A stretch of 63,563 nucleotides of DNA, the filler included, from Platydemus manokwari (taxonomy: Eukaryota), in assembly GCA_037951405.1 (NCBI GenBank). It is 6 parts of 6 records of this genome, joined end to end, with 100 filler letters (N's around TTAATTAATTAA, not from the genome) between each part and the next. Parts side by side here need not be neighbours in the genome. Positions count along the whole stretch, not along the records: positions 26,856 to 41,171 come from JBBMOY011484751.1; positions 41,272 to 51,552 come from JBBMOY011149216.1; 4 more parts are not named here. One strand, given 5' to 3'. The notes beneath the pieces were generated by a model, which was not told where the DNA came from, did no database searches, and saw only the letters and a list, made by a program, of their open reading frames with translations. Shown one piece after another: positions 36,081 through 50,283 of the stretch; position 1 is the first letter of the stretch, and each line of letters starts with the position of its first letter. A program made the translations under genes and the position numbers.

Positions 36081-38224
36081 ATCAAGTCAAAAAATATTTA
36101 AAATCAAAATATGATATATTTCTGATGGAAAATTTAAACAAAATGGATTTAAGTTTATATTGTAAGAAAATGAGGTTTATGCAATATATTGGGTTATTTA
36201 ATTGAATTTCTTTATTTTTCAATGTTATAAATCTATTTTCAACATAACTAAATAAGGTTGTATTATTGAAATACATTTTATTTATTAATTATTTTATAAA
36301 TAATGTTAATCTTAATTCAAAGAACTAAAGAAATCAAATATTTTCAAATAATCTTGTAAATGATGATGATTTTAAAGGGCTGTGAAATGTAAAAAGAATA
36401 TAGAAGAAAAGTAAAAGTTTAATAAACATGTTTAGCAAACTCTAGAAATATTTATTAAACTCTAATTTAAATTTTCAAAACTATATTTCGAAAACAATTC
36501 ATTTGAACAATTTGAGACATAAGTTTAAGTATTAAGTTTTAGTCATTGACTTCATATTCATAACTTAAGATTTTATAACAATTCTCTAGATTTTGAATAA
36601 TGAAATAAGTTTTATGCCTACAATTAAACGTGACGCATATGATCGAATAAAGTTCTAAGAACGATTCTTAGCACTTTTAATACTCCTTTTACGGAGTCAT
36701 CACATATATACAAGCAACAAAACCAAAAACTTCGAAGTTAATTCAAATCATTGAACAATAAATTACATGAATTATATGCTGGTTTGATTAGCATTTTTGG
36801 AGTCAAATGAAATCCCATAACAAATAACTAAATACAATAAAAGCTCTTGAACTAATTTATGCAATCATTAGAATTCAAAATATTTCAACTTCAATACACA
36901 ATCAAATGGAGGTATAATTCAAATCTGTACTAATTATGTTTATCATTTTTAGGTCCTTATCATCAAAATCACTTATTTCATTAGGTTTTAATGCTAACTT
37001 TCAGAAACAATTGTGTAAAAAGCATGCAGCTTTTAGAGATAAACTAACTGGATTTAAGTTTGATATTATAATTAACCTTGGTTTTAATAAACTTAAATTA
37101 ATTCTGATATTCTATTATGCATGTGTACTATAGATTTCTCGTTTTGATAAACTTGTTCGTTTTTTTAAAATTGTTCTTTTTATTTAAATATGCGCCGATG
37201 ATTAATTTTTAAATTTCGTAAAAAATTCGAATCTATTTTTATCATAAAATTACTCACATGTATCAAATAGGTTTAAACTATTAAAATATATGGCTAGTTT
37301 AGAAAACTTATCGCTAAAAAGTGACAACTTGATCAATTTTCGGTAAAATAATTTTCAAAAGATAGTCATTGATAAAAGTTCTCAATTTATTCTTGTGATC
37401 AAAGATAATATTTACATTGGTGCCTGACAATTTAATTTAAAAATCAATTTCTATTTCATTTTTAAGAAAATTTTGAGTAATTTTACAGTGACTTCAGAAT
37501 CATGTATGAAGACATTTACTAATTACCACTTATTGTCATTGATTTTCGTTTATTAAAAATATTCATCCCTTTAAGAATTTTTTCAAAAGTAATAAATTGG
37601 TTATTGTAAAATAAGTATTTTTCGAAATTTATAATTTGATTCAAAATTACTTTTATAAGATAATAAAAGATGTTCTATCTGAATTAATTTAATGGGTGAT
37701 TTGGTCAAATCTATTTGTAAGTTATTACCATAATTTAGTTTTGTATTTTGGTGTTGGATTCCAGTACTAGAGAATCATCATAAAAGAAAAATAAGGCAGT
37801 TTTTATATTTTTAAAAAATAACATTTTTATAATCTTCTAAATATTCCACTCGTCAATTTTCTTTAAATAAAGCGTTCACCTAGCACATTTCACATGATTT
37901 CAAAAACATTTCAATACTTCCTACTTCATAAGCAACATTGATAAATAAAACAACAATTATAAACTAGCCAAAGCAAATCAAAGTCATTGAAAGAGAACAT
38001 ATCAATAATATAAATAATAATAATATGTGATACAAGCATCCGAATACACCAGAAGAGCAAATGATAAATAAACGAAATGTATTATTATTTATTTCATTCA
38101 AAATTGAAATAAAGGAATATAATGATAATGAAAATAATAAACAATTGAAAACTTAATCAAAAAATTTATAAAATATTTCGAACAAAGAGTATTTCTGATG
38201 ATATCTTGCAAATATTTTTCTCCT

Positions 38225-38924
38225 TTATTGATTTTTAGGTTCAATTTTTGTATGAAATGAGCTGATTGGTTTGGTATTTTGTGATGATCCCCCCGTTTTA
38301 TGGAGATTGTTTTCAATGAAAGATGGCGATAAATCGATTTCCCTATTATTATTGATATATTTATTATCGTCGGTTGTCAATTTCGAATGGGGAGTTTTCG
38401 AATTTGACTGAATAAACCGACGTCGTAATTGATTTTTCTGAATTAATTTCGATGATATAATGAGTATGATAGTCGTGAACAAGAGAAATGAACAAATGGT
38501 TGTAGCAATTATGGCAATTCCACACAAATCGATACTTTCTTCCTTTTGACTGTGTTTTAATTTGAGATTTAATAAACCCGATTTATTTAGGACATCTCTT
38601 TCACTGAACGATTTAAAAGTGTATTCATCTTTCGACAAAGATTTATTATTGTTCTTTGGTTTAACAACTACCCATTGTTTTTCAATGTTTATCGGTGAAT
38701 TTCGTTTGTTTATGGTTTCCAGTTCTATCAATAAATGATAAAGAAGGAAAAACTTAATCCAATTATCGAACCTTTAGGAAGAATGGTTTGAAATAGAGAA
38801 TACCACTTAGATTCAATACAATAGTAAATTTCTGATTGATTAATAGTGGCGATAACTGATCCATTAAAATGCTGCGATAAACCAGCTAAGAATTTAGCCG
38901 ACTCCGGTAGCGCACAGCTCATAT
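38225..38924 (-). CDS. Uncharacterised single-pass membrane protein (last two exons; 5' exons uncertain, possibly ~38990-39300)
   Basis: Phase-1 exons 38924-38772 and 38724-38225 join in frame over a 47-nt GT-AG intron (~217 codons). One hydrophobic segment GIAIIATTICSFLLFTTIILII is followed by basic residues. No family recognised. Confidence 0.6.
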
Positions 38925-41171
38925 CTAAATGATTTATTTAATTAAAAATTTCCTGAAAAATTTAAAAATATTTTTATAACAATGGTACTTTGGAAAAACC
39001 TATTAATACTAATACTAATGAAGAAAGATTTCCTGTAAATACATTGTTTTAATCTTCTATACAAAGGTGTTGAGAGTCAATTTGTTTTCAGAATTAAAAT
39101 ATTTTTTAGTCGAGTATAAATGATGATAAATTTAAAATGTACCTTTTAGAAGAAATTGGCGATTAAATACAATATACAAGACAAACGTCAAAATATTATC
39201 AATATCAGTATACACTTGTTAATAATTCTTAGAATAATTTGAAAGTCAAAAAAAGTTAACCAATGATATTATTTTCAGAGCATATTTACGAAACATTAGC
39301 CATCACCAGAATGTTTTTCCTATCCAAAAAGTCGAAATGAAAACTAAGTTTCAGATTAATAATGAATAAATGAATTCAGAAAGAGTCGGTTTCGATAGTT
39401 CTCATCTATTTTACAGTGCAAATAATTTAGTTAATGCATAGAAAATATTCCAATGGAAAGATAAATCATTAATTCTTCCAATTATTTAGATAATCGATAA
39501 GGATATTCAAACCAAGTAAAAGTTGAAAAACTTTCATTATCGATTAAAATAAATCATCATTTTGATTGAGTTTAATGTTAATCGAATTTTATTTCAATCA
39601 AATCTCCAGACCAGAGTTTATATGCAGATTATATAATCAGGTTTACATTTGGATTTAATCGACTTCTATGGATACAATGGGGGTTTGTCGTTACACTATT
39701 GAAATGTGCAGCATTTACCGGCAATAAAAGTTTTATCAAATACATTTTGACAATAATTTCAGTGATTTTCTTCGGTGGTTTTTTATTTACACTATTCCGG
39801 ATGCACCAAATCTTTCATTTAGATCGATAATATAGTAAAATGGTGTTGAATTATGAACTTTAAGGTCAAAATTTCACACGTATCAACTATCGAAATTAAT
39901 CATATTAGCAATAATAATTAAATAAGTAATATTGTAGACACAATAACAATAATCGAGATAACAGTTAATAGATTGTATATTACATGATATATTAGGAGTG
40001 AAAATCAATACAAATTAGAAATTTCTTATCGATTTACGTGTTAAAATCACATGAAAGCCAATTCATTGTTTCAATGTATCAATTCATGTTAATAATAAGT
40101 AAAATTTAATATAATCAATGAGAGCTGAATTGATATTTCACTGTCAATGAAATATCGATATAAATGTATTTCCTTTAACTTTTAGGAAAGTACAATTTTA
40201 TTGAAGAAGTTGCTAACTAAATTCTTGTAAACAAAAATATATTCCACCAAACACATTCAAAGAAGAGGCCCAATTAATATCAAGGCACATTTCAAAGAGT
40301 TCAGTATATATAATAAAATAAAAAATAATTGATCCGACAGCACTCATCATCAATTAAATATAAAATACTACTTTAAATGTTAATTTAATATTTATATTGT
40401 AATTTATTCCTATGAGTTACACATGTCGGCTTCAGAATAGAAGTAATAAATAAGCAAATCAACAATATATATAATATTATATTTTTTAAAACGTTTAGAT
40501 TTTTTTACCATTTTATGATGTTTAATTTACTTATATGATTCAGTTGGTAGTTCACTTTTTAAGATATCGACAAAACAGAGTCATTAAACCGAGTTCCTGA
40601 TCTAATCAGTGTGATTTAGTAAGCTACTGACATGTTTAATAATCGAATATTGCTTGTTTTTAGAAAAAAATTGCAAAATTTTAAAGTATCTCTCAATTGC
40701 GTTCTAATGTTAAAAAATGGGTTCTCGCTAATTTTTAATTTGACCCGTTTTATAAATATTCAAATTTTAGGAGATTTTAAAAATCTGGTGTATTTAATAT
40801 TTGATTTTGAACAATTAAAATTCTTCCGAAGCACGTAAAAAATGTTTTTAATGAATATAATTAAATAATCTATATAGATTTTTGCAATATACTCAACACG
40901 TTACAAATTTTATTTCAGAACCCATTTTCTTAACTTTATCCAAAATATTCAGTTAATCGATTTAGTATTTTGGAATAATATTTATGAATATTATCGTTCT
41001 TTTGCAAACATTGTCGTGTTGTGAAACAAATTTTAATTCCCTTCTTAACTCATATTCATTGTATACAAATTAGGTACTTACGTATTAACGCCATCGCGGC
41101 AAAAATTCTATTAAAAAGCCGATAAAAATCAATCTTGTTGTTTATATATAGTTTATATATATAGATAATTT

Positions 41172-41271
41172 NNNNNNNNNNNNNNNNNNNNNNNNNNNNN
41201 NNNNNNNNNNNNNNNTTAATTAATTAANNNNNNNNNNNNNNNNNNNNNNNNNNNNNNNNNNNNNNNNNNNN
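41172..41271. other. Assembly spacer (artificial)
   Basis: N44-TTAATTAATTAA-N44. Confidence 0.98.
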
Positions 41272-42910
41272 AAGCACTATTTAAAAACGTCCAAAAATAT
41301 TAATTTAAAACAATCAAGAATTTCATAATTTTACTGAACCTACATTTTTTGAAAACCAGATTTGCGCAACTAATAACCACACATAATGTCAACACGAGAA
41401 AGTAAATAAGGAGCTATTTATTTAACCAAAATTAAATGAAATATTGAAAATGTTAATCGAAAAAAATAAAAACTGATTAAAAATTATCAATAAAAATTCT
41501 CCTTTCAAAGTTGCAGCGAAAATTCTGCGAAAAAAGTAAATTATTTCATTTCCATATTGATGGTTATAAATATTAATAATAATGTTTATAATGTATTTTA
41601 ATAATTTATTTGGCTTGAATTCAGTTCAACCAAACTCTAAGTAATGAATAAACCCGTAGAAAGAATACACGCCGACACGTAGCGGCGGGAACCTTAGCCA
41701 TAACACCATTAGAGTCTCTATTGACACCACAGGTTTATAAATCAGAGTGTCATGAGTGGTATCGAATACAACTGCTGTAGTCAGATAAATAAATGAATTT
41801 ATTAGCTTTTTTACAAATGGAGTATTTATATTTTTAAATTATAAATAACCGATTGCATTGCAATAATATAGATATAATATACTTTTAACGAATTTAGATT
41901 GTCAAATATATCTTATAAATTGTTAAAACACACTAAAACGTATCATTTCTAACGAAAAGGAACGAAAGTTTCAACGAACCAATGATATCGAAGAAATCTA
42001 GAAAAATAAAAATAAAGTCAACTAAATTTAATTTTGTTACGATTCTAAAAAATTTCAATTAAAAGGCTATACCATACCTCATTATCTTCTATACTTTCAG
42101 AAGAGATTCCATTATATCCTTGTGTACGGAAATATGTATCCGATCTTTCTATTTTAATTTGATAAATTAAACTTTAATTTCCTCAAGTGTAAATATTGTT
42201 AGCCTCTTATGGGTTTTGATAAAATAATGTGAATAATAAAATTGAAAAATTAAAAATAGAATATCAAAAAATATATAAATAAAAGAGAAACCTGAATCCA
42301 AAAAAAAAGAATACTTTTTAATAAGATGTAACTAAATATATTACAATTACTAATTAATATGTCAATTTAAAAAGATAGCAATAATTTTAATTGGTGAAAC
42401 AATAACCAGACTTTCTAATTAACTGATTAATATACTGCGTTGTTCCCATATAAATAAATTTGAGTCTCCCGTGGCTTCGCCGCACGAGCTTTTGTTGCTG
42501 AATAACTTGATGAGGATTAACCCTAGATGTGCCAGCAATTCCTCTTATTACAACAAATTTAGGCAATCGATTTAAATATAATTAGTTGAATGGTTGAACT
42601 GGGTCCAATCTATTAAAGCTTAAGATAAAGGCATATAAATTTGTTAATCTAATCATGATTCTATAATAAATCAATTGTTTAATTTGTAATTTATATTATT
42701 GATTTCATTATGAAATTGTAATGGTTAACACAAAATAATGAATGTAAACGTCCGTTGTTTCTCTTCAATCTTAATAAAAACTAATTACTGATGTTTACAA
42801 TTCAATCATAGCAAAAAGTATTTAAAGTCATTCTTATCACTGAAATTGCAATTATTATAAAATAGAACAATTAATTATTGTTTAAATATTACTTATTAAA
42901 ATTTGTCATT

Positions 42911-44175
42911 ATGGTCAAATCAAAAGGCAAAACGAAAAATGTGGAAAAGTAAATCGAATAACACTTTAAACATGATTATTATGACAATGTAGAGAAGTTG
43001 AAGATGTAATTCAATATGCATCTAAAGAGGAAGAAGAAGAATTTCTAAAATTTTCCGACGATGAAAAAAATAGTTCTGAATCTCAATCGGATATCGACAT
43101 GGATTCTTCTATTCATGTACCTAAAGCTTGTGATGTGGATATGTCGGATGATGAAGAAGATGATCTTGATGAAGACAAACTTAGTGAAGATAATTTAGAA
43201 GATATGTACGTTGATTCCGCCGAAGAAGATGAAGATTCAGAATCAGTGAAACCACTTGATAGAAAAGCTTCCAAAGAGTATGAAGATTAGGTATAAGTAA
43301 AAATTTAATTGTATTTAGGCTTGGAAAAGCTTATGCTGAAAAGAATAGGCGAACGATATTTGTTGGAAATATATCAGCAAAAGTGACTAAAAAAGTGTTA
43401 TTGCAATTATTTAATTCAAAAAAAGCTGCTGGTGAGGGAGCAGTTGAAACGATACGCATAAGAGGAGCAGTAGCTCCTGATCAATCACTAAACAATAGAG
43501 CCAAACGTAAAGCTGTGATTTTGAAAAATTATGCAGGTAATAATAAATATTTGTGAATCATGTTTTCAAAATTTATCAAATTCAGACAACGAAAATCAAG
43601 TGCTATGTGCTTTTGTCGTTTTGAAAAAAGAAGAGGATGTTGAAAAATGTTTATCCCTTAATGGTCACCTCATCGATGGTCGACATATTCGAGTTGATAA
43701 ACTTAAAGGCAAAAAACTTAGCTATAATCCGTCCAATTGCATTTTCATTGGAAATTTACCTTTCAACGTTGACGAGGAACAGGTTCGAGAAGCGTTCGAA
43801 AAAACGGGCGAAATTATAAATGTTCGTTTGGTAAGAAATAAAGCCGACGGAAAGGTGAAGGGCATCGGTTATGTGGAATTTACTGAGTCTTTTGCTGTGG
43901 ATTTTGCTTTGAAATTATCGGGAACAATGAAAATTGGCGACAGAATAATTCGCATACAGAAATGGACGAAATCAAAAACCCAAAAAGGGAAACGCGAGGC
44001 ATCCGGTGGTGAAAAGAAGAAATCATTCAAAAAGAAAGTCGTTGCCCCCAGCAATTTGAAGGGAATCGAATTGAAGGAGTTTGTTTATTCGAAACAGAAG
44101 AAAATGTTAAAGAAAGCAGAGAAAAAGAAAAACTTTATCAAATGTAAAAAAGAAGCAAAGGTTAAAAATAAATAA
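42911..44175 (+). CDS. RBM34: RNA-binding protein 34 / Nop12 (two RRMs, acidic N-terminus, Lys-rich tail), ~376 aa, 4 exons
   Basis: Exons 42911-42948, 42993-43277, 43319-43536 and 43586-44175 (1131 nt). RRM1 NRRTIFVGNI..VETIRIR..AFVV..LNG..IDGRHIRVD; RRM2 CIFIGNLPFNVDEE..VRLVRNKADGKVKGIGYVEF. Confidence 0.9.
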
Positions 44176-47100
44176 AAATTTGTGATTTAAAAGTTTTGTG
44201 CGGTTTTGATTGGACAAATTGATGAGTTTTATTTTTATGTTTTTATCAGTTGTTATGGTTTGCTTAATAATTTTACAATTTATCTCATTTATCGGCTTAA
44301 GTTTAGAAAAGTAGGTCAATGACCTAATTTCTATATTATGAATTTTTTCATATTATTGGATTTGTAATTTAAAATTTAGAGTAAAATTAATTAAAAAACG
44401 TTGAAGGGGGGTTATATTTTCCAGATAACTCGTTTTGTCGAGTATAAATATTTTGATGTTATTGATTGATGAATCACTTTGAATGGTTCTATGTTGTTAT
44501 CTGAGCACTTAGAAGTGCATGTAAGACCTTCAATGAAACGTATTTATGGTTGATCGCATAACAGTTAAATTCTAATTAATACATAAAATGTCAACTTTGT
44601 CTTTGTCTTGGAATTAAGAAGCAGCCTTAGTATCGATAAATTTATATCTTAAATAATTAAAGCTTTCTAGATTTACTCATAGTTTTCAGTTAATAATTTT
44701 GTTTTATGTGACACCGTGTAAGTAAAAGAATGAAAAGTAATCTAAAGAATAAGAATAATTAATCAAGTTTTTATTCCAATTACAACACTTTCTAAATCAC
44801 CATCTGTTTGATTCTTTGCATTGGCAAGAAATCTTTATAAGATTTTCGTCGATCTCATATTATAGACTTTTGCACCGAACATTGTATAAAACGTTTTTAA
44901 AAATTGTAAACCGACTTGAAAAATGAGTAGCATGTTTCATACATTACTTACCGCAAATAAAATAAATGCAAAAATTAGAGTATTTCTCCTGTTGGTTTTG
45001 CTGACGTCCGAGACAATCGAAGGTTACAATTTGTATTTTCGTTAACAAATACTAATCATAACGATACAACTAAAGCTTGGCTTCAACTGTTGATTGGATA
45101 TCTTTACAACGGTATTTATGCTTGAGATTTGTGTGTAATTTTTGTATCACATTTTGGTTTGATCTTTAATTTCTCAAGTTTCTATTGGACTTTGATTTTT
45201 GTATACTAGAGATTGATAAGAACTTCTCCCCTAAAATCGTTATATTCAAAAAGATTAATTGTCTTGAAAATCATGGTTATTTGTTTAATATTTTGATTTT
45301 ATTTAATCGCATTAATCAGTTATTGTATTCAATGTCTCTTACAATTAAATCTTTGTGATCTGAATATTTATTCGACTATTCTATTTATAATCTAAATTGC
45401 TTTAGTTTTCTAGCACAGATTTTTTGAGTCAGATAGTTAATTAACCCATTTTTGATGGTCTATTTCTTCATGGCATTTTTACAAAATAGCGCATTTATAT
45501 TTTCAAATATATTTTAAACCAATCAAACCATAACACAGCATTGGATTCTCAATATTTTTTGATTTCACAGCTTTGTTCGTAAATCACTTCGAAATTACGA
45601 CTCGATATAATGATTTTTTAAAAGTGCATTTAGGCATCAATATAAGTTATTATTGATGGAAATTGGTTGAGTCGGATTCTTTGGTGAACAATTAATAATA
45701 AATCAACGATTTCTCAATCGATAATTTACTATATTATTTAGTGTGAGACCATGAGTTTGAGATTGATGTTTCCACCAAATCTGTAACTTCAGAGATTAAT
45801 TATGTTGCGTGTATAATATAAATACTGAGAACAATAAAAATATGATAAAATACTTTATTATAATAACAATTATCAAATGTCCAATGCAAATAGATTATAG
45901 AAAGAGAAGATTGTCGTGCCCTGAAGAGTTTTATCAGTAATGAAAAACCGCCGGAGGGAACTAAGTGGCGTCCAACTGCGGTATGAAAACTAAAGAAATT
46001 TGATTTTAATGCTCACAAATTTAATTACGACTTTGCGAGGTGTTAGTGGCTGAAAACAAATCTCCTTTCGGACAATGATATCAGTTGATTAATATAGAAA
46101 TTAAAATTTACCACTGTGAAATGAGCATATAAGGAAGATAAATATCAGATTGTAATTTCTGTTTCGCTGAATATTGAAATTCGAAATCGCGCTTGAACTG
46201 TAATTCGTGTAGAATTTGTTGAGTTTGTGGCGAAAATACTGAATTTTACTTCAGTATTTATAGTGATTTGGAATATGGGCGCATGATTAATTTTATATTT
46301 AATATTCTGATTCCCTTGGCAATATTCGCCGTTGTCATGGTAATTTGATTTTATATTTGAATTTCTCAGACTACGCTTATTATTACCATGGCAACGTGGA
46401 TTAATAATCATTTTTCAAAGAATTTATGGGTATTTTTAATATAATTTCGCCCACACGCCTACATTTTAATTAATGTGGGTTTATATTTGCAATTATTATT
46501 ATTTATTATTATGTATATTATATTATTAAGCTTGAAGCCTGCATGGGTATTCCAGACATTATTTTTACCACTTTCGCTAGGAGAAGATATTAAAAGCCCA
46601 ATACACCTGCATTTACTGTAGAATTATATTTTTAAATTGATCATCCATGCTGGAGTATTCAATGTTCAATATCTTCCTAATCTCGTCGAAAATTATAAAT
46701 AACAATCAATAATTGAGAAGAAAAACATTTTTGAGAGAAGAATTATCTTGGTATCTAGAGTTATTTAAAAATTGTTCAAACAAGTAATCTTTTAATTTGA
46801 TTTTAACATTCTAATATGATGTAACTTTCTGGGGGTCTATAATCAATTTGAATGGCTTGGGGTTGGCCCAACTATTCCTTTAAATAAAGTTTAAAATTCA
46901 TCATCAAGAAATTAATTAAAAAATAGGCTCAACTATAAGTAAACTATTCAACAAAGAGAGCTCCCAAGTTTTGTTGGATTGATTTTGATCTGCTAACATA
47001 AATTGTTTTTTCTTCAACAATTAAAATGATAGTTCACAGTTGTCGTTTTTCATCATGTTATATACTAATTTATTATCAATTATCAGTTTCTCTGTATACA

Positions 47101-49362
47101 AAGCTTTGTTGCAATTTTAGTGCTCAGTACTGTAGTTCTGCTAAATACCCCGCAGTAGTACCCAAGTACTTCGGTATCACCTGATTATTGCTCTGTAATA
47201 GATGGGCTGACATTTAATCGTATTATTTAGTTCCGCTTTCAGTTGGTGCAATTATCACGTCGGCTTACTTTATATTTCTTTATATTTTATTTCATCCCAT
47301 TCTATTATTTCTTTTATCTCTTTACATAAAATACTTCTACAAGCACTTAATTATTATAATAATTATTGTAGAAAGAATTTTTAATCAAAAATAAATATTC
47401 CATATAATTAAAATGAAGATTAAAAAATTTAAAATCACACGGGTTTTAAAAAGTAAATAATTATTCAGAACTATAATTGATTACAATTGTTCTCTAATTC
47501 CTACAATGAAAAGTAGATGTCCATGATATTGATATAAAAAATTAAGATATTTAATTAAGTCAAGCACAGAAACGCATCAATGATACCAAATGATTGTTTG
47601 TTAAGAACATCGAAATTAAGCGAAATGGTTTAGGATCTAATCTAGATAAAAAATTCTTAAAATATTTAATAAAATTCATTTTTCAGACAAATTAACACAA
47701 ACACATCTCTCAACCGATCTAACTTGTAAGGTGTTATAGAGATAATTGTTTTGTTTGATAAAATTCAAACAATCTAAACATAAATGATTTCAATTTTGTT
47801 TGACAGAATACAATGATGTTAACTGAAGTGATATTTCATTAATTTTCAATGAAACATCGCACAATGTTCGCATTTATTTGTAAAAACCAATAACAAATAC
47901 ATTATCTATCAGAAATTTTTATTAATCAAAATATTTTTATTATAATAAAACACGATAACTATTATGTGATATTCATTGATAAATTTGTCCAGATTCTGTA
48001 CCACTGAAATTGTCTGTACATTAAGCACCATAAAAACTTGTGCATGCCTAAACATAATTTCAGTTCTTGAGCACAATCGTATACCTGTGTGAAAGATTGT
48101 GTGTTGTTGATGTACAATGGATTCGTTGAATCAGTTTTTACAAGCAAGCTTAGGCTGAACAAAACCAGTTTAAAACTCGCATTTTCAATTAAATTTCTAG
48201 TGATGTTGGCATTAATGTTATGTTGTGTTAAAACGAAAAAGAAAAATGAGGTAAGATTGTCTTTGGATTAATTATGTATAAATATTCATGGATAACAACA
48301 TTTGTTTTAATATTCGATCTATTAATCAATATCGAAAGTGATTTTATATCGTTTTTATGTTATGTTTACGATCCTTTCTAGTATACTAGAATGTGCAGAC
48401 GCATCTGTCTCGCAGTTTCATAATCATTAGATATTGTTATTTTAATACAGATGAATTGAATTTCTGTTGAATTGATAAAAAAACAATTATATTTAATGTT
48501 CAAAGTAGGCCTCAGGGGCATAAATATCGACATTATTTAATGATATATCGTCGTATTTTTCTATTTGTAATAATGTTCAACAGTTCAAATTATTCTGCAG
48601 AAATTAGGTGAAACTTTTTTTCACACGAGATAGTATTACAAACTTGTGATTAATACAAGTCAAATCAAAACACTTTCAAATATTGTAAAAAGGCTTTTAT
48701 TCAATTTAAAAAACAATTAAATATACATTTTACTTAGTCTCGGTATAACTTTTGAAAACTGAATGTTATCAAAACTATGCTACGTGATTAAATAAAAATT
48801 TTTTCCTGAACAGGAAACAATATTTTGATAAATTAAAAGAAAAGTCTAATTTAAAATAAGATTAATATTTATTCGTAATACTTATTAGTATGACAATATT
48901 AATTCCGAAAATCACAGGAAATTAATTGGGTTTCAAGTTGTCGTCCATCTTATAATAGAACGGATTGAATTTAGATCATATTTAATTCTTGTCGATACTA
49001 AGGTAGTCATTTTCGATCAAATAATAATTCATGTTATTTTTCCATTATTCAGAAAATAATTTATATTCTAATTTAATTTCAAATGGTGTTTGTATTACGA
49101 TTTTAGAATTTTAGATACTTAAACATATTTTAGAGATCTATCTTTAAATTTAGAAAATATGATATGTAAACAAAACCGTTTGTATCAATTGTATTAGAAA
49201 TTTTTCAAAAATAAAGTTATTTCTCATAATATTAAGATTTTGTTACACAACAAGTCACTCGATTTTCAATTTTGAAGGTCATATTTTAAATTTATGATTA
49301 ACAGTGTATAATTAGAGGAGCTTATTCATAGATAATTATTTTAAGTAAATTACAATAGCATT

Positions 49363-49510
49363 TGTAAGCCACTACTATTTTATAAAAGATGCATCGAAAA
49401 GGAACTGAAAAGTCACGACAACAAATTATGTATTTAAGACCAATTAAATAAATAAAATTATTGTCTTTTGATATTAATTTATGAAGTATTTTTGAAATTT
49501 AAATTTTTTT
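49363..49510 (-). repeat. Partial or solo TRIM-family LTR
   Basis: TGTAAGCCACTACTATTT..GAACTGAAAAGTCACGACA matches the LTR end. Confidence 0.6.
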
Positions 49511-49977
49511 ATCCTCAAGGCATTCATGAAATTTTTTCTTTTTCGTATTTTTTGTGATTAGTTCTCACACTAATTTTTTAAAGATTGATAAGGTTTTATT
49601 GGTTCGACTCATGAAATTATTAAAAAGATGGTTTTCTAAATTGTATCACTGTACTAATTGATATCCCTTTGCACTTGTTATTTTGCCAATCATTCATTCT
49701 GCGATGATTTTAAAGTTTATATCAATAATTTGTTTGAATATTTTGATTAAATATACTTTTGGCTTGACCTTCTTAAATTGTTTTTAATTCGTATTTAGCG
49801 AAATAGTAGCAACCAACAAATTTAATTATTAAAAATTATCATTGAAGTGCGAAAATCTTCTATATTCACTAATTTCTTTAATCTGCTTCTAGTATTTAAA
49901 ATCTTTATTACGAGCTAGATGGATTTAAAAATATTTTCGATAATGAAAAGATGGATATTTTTACTTTTGATCTTTAG

Positions 49978-50283
49978 ATCAAATCGAATGAAAATGATAA
50001 AATTACAAAGGCAACTGATGAAGATGTGATTAATGAAACCAAAGCACCGAAATTGAATACTTCACTCCATGATGAAAATGAAAATGTCGAAGAAACAATT
50101 TCCAAAGCGAATGTCAATTATGAATTTAAGGAGTTAAATTCAAATATACCAATCCCTGGTGAAAACGGTAATTTACTTCGCAAGACTTTTCGATTTGATT
50201 ATGTTTGGCTTGGATATGTTTTTCTATTAACTATCTAAGAAATGGTCCTAAGAAAAAAGATGCCCGCTAGAAATTTTCTATAA
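49978..50283 (+). CDS. Putative 3' exons of an unidentified gene (acidic, low complexity)
   Basis: AG|49978-50167|GT and AG|50240-50283 join in frame (IKSNENDK...IPIPGEN E MVLRKKMPARNFL*). No domain recognised. Confidence 0.35.

Noticed and set aside
45915-45980. CTGAAGA...GAAA possible hammerhead, and TGGCGTCCAAC possible PBS
   Set aside because: Stems I and III cannot be formed, and no LTR-terminal CA precedes the TGG.
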